Positions 17,532 through 20,913 of a stretch of 20,913 nucleotides of DNA are shown piece by piece. Position 1 is the first letter of the stretch; each line of letters starts with the position of its first letter. The DNA lies in NCBI GenBank assembly GCA_964247135.1, contig CAXTTL010000064.1:1-20913 (forward strand), in the 5' to 3' direction. Under the pieces are notes generated by a model, which saw only the letters and a program-made list of their open reading frames with translations, was not told the origin of the DNA and did no database searches. The position numbers and the translations under genes are program-made. Origin of the DNA: an uncultured Deinococcales bacterium (GTDB lineage: Bacteria; Deinococcota; Deinococci; Deinococcales; JAAFIG01).

Positions 17532-18080
17532 TTAGCGCAAATCAAGTCCGTTATTTTGCAATTGCCAGGACTGTAAATTGTCCATATGAGGTTCGCGGTT
17601 GTAAGGTCCAGCCAAATGCTCCTCTGCTGCCGGATGAAACACCATGTTGGCTGCTGGATGAAACACCATGTTGGCTGCTGGATGAAATACCATGTTGCTC
17701 TCTGAGGGAACGATTTTTTCATCTGAACGCAGCGTCTCGAGCCGTGCCATGATCGCATTGACATGGTTGTCCAGGGCAGCCTGCAAGTTTGTGCGTTCTT
17801 GCTTGCTGCGTAAATCCAAAACGCGTTGTAAATCAATCAGTCGCTCGAGGTCTTTCACGCGGCTGGCTTGGAATTGGGTAAAACTGGATTTGCCAGCCCA
17901 AAAAAACATCAGGGCGGTTAAGGTCACACCCAGCAGCCCGATCAGCAACAATGGCAATTGAAACACACCCAAAAACGGCAGATAAATGGCACTCGAGATG
18001 ACCAAACTGTTCAGGTTCGCCAACGCCACCAAGGTCACCAGAAAGATGGTTATTCCGAACAACAGCTTTTGAATTCTCAT
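17532..18080 (-). CDS. LapA (DUF1049)-like two-TM protein with coiled-coil tail
   Basis: TM-N-loop-PL-TM pattern, then a helical segment and a repeat-containing tail; ATGA-coupled to the upstream ORF. Confidence 0.6.
   Translation of the reverse strand: MRIQKLLFGITIFLVTLVALANLNSLVISSAIYLPFLGVFQLPLLLIGLLGVTLTALMFFWAGKSSFTQFQASRVKDLERLIDLQRVLDLRSKQERTNLQAALDNHVNAIMARLETLRSDEKIVPSESNMVFHPAANMVFHPAANMVFHPAAEEHLAGPYNREPHMDNLQSWQLQNNGLDLR
17625..17696. repeat. 3 x 24-bp in-frame tandem repeat encoding NMVFHPAA
   Basis: Units start at 17625, 17649 and 17673 and differ at only a few positions. Confidence 0.95.
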
Positions 18081-18340
18081 GCCGTGCCCCCTTGGGTGAG
18101 CGGTCGTACCGGCGGAACCTCGGTGGGGATAGCTGGCGGAACTTCGCTCGGAACCGGATCAGAAATGGTCGGTGGAAAATCTGGTCTGGGAATGATGTTT
18201 GGCGGGTCTTTGATCGGTGGAAAATCTGGAATTTGCGGGGGTTCGGTGATCGGTGGTCTTGGAGGCATGGTCGGAGGCTCGATGTCTGGACCCGTCGGTA
18301 GGCTCATGACAACCTGCGGTTGAAGCTGAAGGTAAATCAT
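18077..18340 (-). CDS. Small proline-rich protein
   Basis: 87 aa with 28 Pro; TAGTTT 6 nt before the ATG; ATGA overlap with the next gene. Confidence 0.7.
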   Translation of the reverse strand: MIYLQLQPQVVMSLPTGPDIEPPTMPPRPPITEPPQIPDFPPIKDPPNIIPRPDFPPTISDPVPSEVPPAIPTEVPPVRPLTQGGTA

Positions 18341-18346
18341 GGCTTC

Positions 18347-18388
18347 AAACTAAGCGCGTTGGTTGAACCGGAGCTGATGGCACGTTGA
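18347..18388 (-). promoter_or_regulatory. Leaderless promoter with three phased TCA(A/G) repeats
   Basis: YTGA at 18385, 18374 and 18363; 10 nt; TAGTTT (18352-18347); 6 nt; ATG. Confidence 0.6.
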
Positions 18389-18398
18389 CCCTCAGCAA

Positions 18399-18432
18399 AA
18401 AAGTCATTTGAAAACAAAAGTCATTTGAGAAC
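18399..18432. repeat. 2 x 17-bp tandem repeat
   Basis: AAAAGTCATTTGAAAAC / AAAAGTCATTTGAGAAC. Confidence 0.8.
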
Positions 18433-18447
18433 AGCATTTTGGTGCCA

Positions 18448-18897
18448 TCAAGAGCCTTGCATCGGAATAATCGAAATGCTGCCATTGCGCTCGAGCACCG
18501 CGTAACGAACCTGCTCCAAACGCTCGAGTCCCTGCAAAGCGCGGGCTGCCTCGAGAATGTCGTCCTCATCGACTTGAGCTTGACGCATACGTTCGCGCAA
18601 CGGCTGACCGTTGCTGACCAGCACCACCGGCACATCATCGAGCAAGCGCTCCAAACGTTTGGAACGAAGCTTTAATACGCTCAGCACAATATCGAGTGCC
18701 ACCAGGCTCAAAATGGAAAGAAAGGCTCCGGTCAACGAGTGATCCTCATTGGTCAAGGCGTTCTGAACCGCCGAGGAGATGATCAGCACCAGCACCAAAT
18801 CAAAAGGTGTGGCTTGGGCGAGTGTCCGTTTGCCAAACAAACGAAACACCAGCAACAAAAACACGTAAAGTACAGCCGCTTTGAGTACAGTATCCAT
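18448..18897 (-). CDS. DUF421 / YetF-family membrane protein
   Basis: [39 protein letters not shown]. Confidence 0.9.
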   Translation of the reverse strand: MDTVLKAAVLYVFLLLVFRLFGKRTLAQATPFDLVLVLIISSAVQNALTNEDHSLTGAFLSILSLVALDIVLSVLKLRSKRLERLLDDVPVVLVSNGQPLRERMRQAQVDEDDILEAARALQGLERLEQVRYAVLERNGSISIIPMQGS

Positions 18898-18905
18898 ATC
18901 GACCT

Positions 18906-19400
18906 TTAAGGATAAACAAACTGCGAAAACCCGAGGCTTCCGGCTGGAGACTCAGAACCAAGTACGCCCGAAAGCGCTCCCGCCCGCATGGGTCGAAACT
19001 GAAACCTGACCTCGAGGTCATCAAAAGCGACAAACTCAAAATCGGTTTCCGAACCCCTGACCTGAACCTGGCGGGGTTCGGGAGCGACGGACTCGAGATC
19101 GATGTCCTGCAAGAAACTTTTGTTGAGCGACAGGCTGGCTTTGTGCTGCCGGTCTGCTCTCAGTTGAACGCGCAATTCGCTCGGGGTGTTGTAACGCAGG
19201 AAAAAGTCGTAATCCAAATGCAAGGTCTTGTTTTCAAGCGTCCGGGCGCTGAGTGGTCCTGAACCAAACAATCCTGCCAGAGCCGCAAGAATCAACACCA
19301 ACATGCCAAACCAAATCAGGCGCTCGAACCTCCACTGCCAGTTCTGAAACTCGAGGTCCTCTGGCTGCTCAAAAGAGGCTTGAAGTTGGTTTTCGCTCAC
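18906..19400 (-). CDS. Hypothetical single-TM membrane protein
   Basis: [22 protein letters not shown] overlap with the SDR stop; 8 nt from the DUF421 gene. Confidence 0.75.
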   Translation of the reverse strand: MSENQLQASFEQPEDLEFQNWQWRFERLIWFGMLVLILAALAGLFGSGPLSARTLENKTLHLDYDFFLRYNTPSELRVQLRADRQHKASLSLNKSFLQDIDLESVAPEPRQVQVRGSETDFEFVAFDDLEVRFQFRPMRAGALSGVLGSESPAGSLGFSQFVYP

Positions 19401-20242
19401 GTGTTCACAACCTCGCCGCCATTGGGGTGCAAAAACTGTCCAGTAAAATATGAAGCATCATCGGAGGCGAGAAAGACAAAACTTGGTGCGACCTCCTCCG
19501 GTTGTCCTGGGCGTTTCATGGGGGTATCCTTACCAAATTTTTTGACCTTGTCTTTGGGAAAGGTCGAGACGATCAGCGGCGTCCAAATTGGACCAGGAGC
19601 CACCCCGTTGACCCGAATTCCACGGTCTGCCAAATTGGCTGAGAGCGAACGTGTGAAGGCAACAATCGCGCCTTTGGTGCTCGAGTAATCAAGCAGTTGT
19701 TCACTGCCTCGGTAGGCTGTGACCGAGGCGGTATTGATGATCGCTGAACCCTTTTTAAGATGCGGCAAAGCAGCTTTGACCATGTAAAAATAAGCGAAGA
19801 TGTTGGTGCGAAAAGTACGCTCGAGCTGTTGGGCACTGATCTTTTCAATACCCGGTTGTGGCTGCTGCTCGGCGGCATTGTTGACCAGAACATCCAAATG
19901 CCCGTGTCCGTGAATGACTTTCTCGAGCACTTCAAAGCAAAATTTTTCATCACCGACATCACCAGCAATGCAGGTACAACTGCGACCATGCGCCTCCACC
20001 AATTGTCTGGTTTTTTCGGCATCCTCATGCTCATTTAAATAGACAATCGCCACATCTGCGCCCTCGGCGGCAAAGGCAACCGCCACCGCGCGACCAATCC
20101 CGCTGTCACCACCCGTAATCAATGCCACCCGACCCTCGAGTTTTCCTGCGGCTCGGTAATCTCGGTCTTGGCTTTTGGGTTGAGGTTGCATTTGGCTCTG
20201 TAGTCCAGGACGACGACTTTGGCTTGTGGCAGTTTTGGGCAT
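19397..20242 (-). CDS. SDR oxidoreductase of the YhdF/YdaD (general stress protein 39)/YghA type
   Basis: PGLQSQMQPQP, GKLEGRVALITGGDSGIGRAVA, NNAAEQ, YSSTK, PGPIWTPL, R.GQPEE. ATG 20242 follows AAAGGAG. Confidence 0.92.
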   Translation of the reverse strand: MPKTATSQSRRPGLQSQMQPQPKSQDRDYRAAGKLEGRVALITGGDSGIGRAVAVAFAAEGADVAIVYLNEHEDAEKTRQLVEAHGRSCTCIAGDVGDEKFCFEVLEKVIHGHGHLDVLVNNAAEQQPQPGIEKISAQQLERTFRTNIFAYFYMVKAALPHLKKGSAIINTASVTAYRGSEQLLDYSSTKGAIVAFTRSLSANLADRGIRVNGVAPGPIWTPLIVSTFPKDKVKKFGKDTPMKRPGQPEEVAPSFVFLASDDASYFTGQFLHPNGGEVVNT

Positions 20243-20592
20243 AAAGACTCCTTTGGATTTACCAAATTCCAAGTGCGCTGTGATGGTCCAAATGATGCTC
20301 TAGCAAAATCAATCAAAACATCACAAAACCAAGTTGTGGCTTCGTGCTCGAGGCTGATCAAACTCACCAAATTCGAGTGTGACCGTGACCGAAACTTCGA
20401 GTAAAACCCTTGGCGCTTGACTTTAAACTAAAGGCGAAGACTGTCCATTGGCTTTTGCGCAACTGAAGAACAGTTGAAACTCGGGAACCTTTTGACTCCT
20501 AAGTCGATTTGAGTGAACTGCAAGAGTTGTAACACTCGAGCTACAAATTGCTCAAGTCTCACCCCTGATTCCGTCTTAGACACTCTTTCCTT

Positions 20593-20634
20593 TGGCGGGT
20601 CGTGCATGGCTCGAACCTACGACCTGTGGTTTTG
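20593..20634 (-). pseudogene. Degenerate 3' half of a tRNA (probably Trp); putative att site of an integrative element
   Basis: CAAAACCAC-AGGTC-GTAGG-TTCGAGC-CATGC-ACGACCC-G-CCA gives variable loop, T arm (1 mismatch), acceptor 3' strand and CCA. No 5' half upstream. Confidence 0.72.
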
Positions 20635-20705
20635 AAAAAGGGTTAAGCAAAAATGTACGGGTAAATCTATTCTATGAAACCACATTTGACCAAATTCTGC
20701 CGATT

Positions 20706-20912
20706 TCAACTGCCGTATTTTGAGCTATAGCACATGGAATTTGGTCGCTCGAGCGACGGATGTTGAATGTGGCAACCCAGTCTGGCGATGGCGGCGATGA
20801 TGGTTGGGTGGACTGGGTAAAACGCGTAGAAGGCATGTTGCAGCCTATCGGAGACTCGAGGTTCATTGGAAGTGCGAACTCGAGCCGCAAGCGCCCAGAA
20901 ACCGATTGTGGT
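20706..20912 (-). CDS. C-terminal fragment of a TraX-family membrane protein (possibly degenerate; 5' end outside window)
   Basis: Open frame ..IGFWALAAR..RLQHAFYAFYPVHPTIIAAIARL..; FYxFYPxH is the typical TraX C-terminal motif. Confidence 0.5.
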   Translation of the reverse strand, partial: TTIGFWALAARVRTSNEPRVSDRLQHAFYAFYPVHPTIIAAIARLGCHIQHPSLERPNSMCYSSKYGS

Positions 20913-20913
20913 G

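Noticed and set aside
17625-17696. CRISPR array
   Set aside because: Repeats are contiguous with no spacers, in frame within a CDS, and there are no cas genes.
15391-17696. Common origin of the two 24-bp repeat families (both contain CATGTT)
   Set aside because: Best rotation gives about 13/24 identity, which is compatible with chance.
14830-20590. Stress cluster as a recently acquired island bounded by the tRNA fragment
   Set aside because: It lies on the wrong side of the fragment, no second att copy or integrase is seen, and it carries the host CTCGAG enrichment.
20593-20670. Intact UCA-anticodon (Sec/opal suppressor) tRNA
   Set aside because: No D arm, no 5' acceptor strand and no anticodon-stem pairing; TCA arises at the junction.
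20672-20890. 72-aa minus-strand ORF from the track
   Set aside because: The alternative frame ending at 20706 carries the TraX-like motif and is preferred.

Overview
Bacterial chromosomal window, most likely Deinococcota (inferred from a Thermus-type EF-G2, a FemABX transferase, long MalF/MalG and many leaderless TAnnnT-N6/7-start genes). Positions 1-14.8 kb are housekeeping genes: a partial M23 peptidase (absent from the ORF track), a KTSC protein, a metallophosphoesterase, a LolC/E-type permease, EF-G2, a lipoprotein, a FemABX transferase, birA-bioY, gnd and a maltodextrin ABC operon. Positions 14.9-20.3 kb hold a cluster of general-stress-type genes. The window ends with a degenerate tRNA-Trp 3' fragment (probable att site) and a TraX-like C-terminal fragment. 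Two signals stand out. First, the palindrome CTCGAG occurs about 120 times by hand count against about 5-6 expected, in all codon phases and in most terminator stems. Second, three candidate promoters in the stress cluster share TCA(A/G) repeats at 11-bp period ending exactly 10 bp before a -10-like hexamer, which suggests an OmpR/PhoB-type stress regulon. All family assignments come from motif recognition by eye; no database searches were run.
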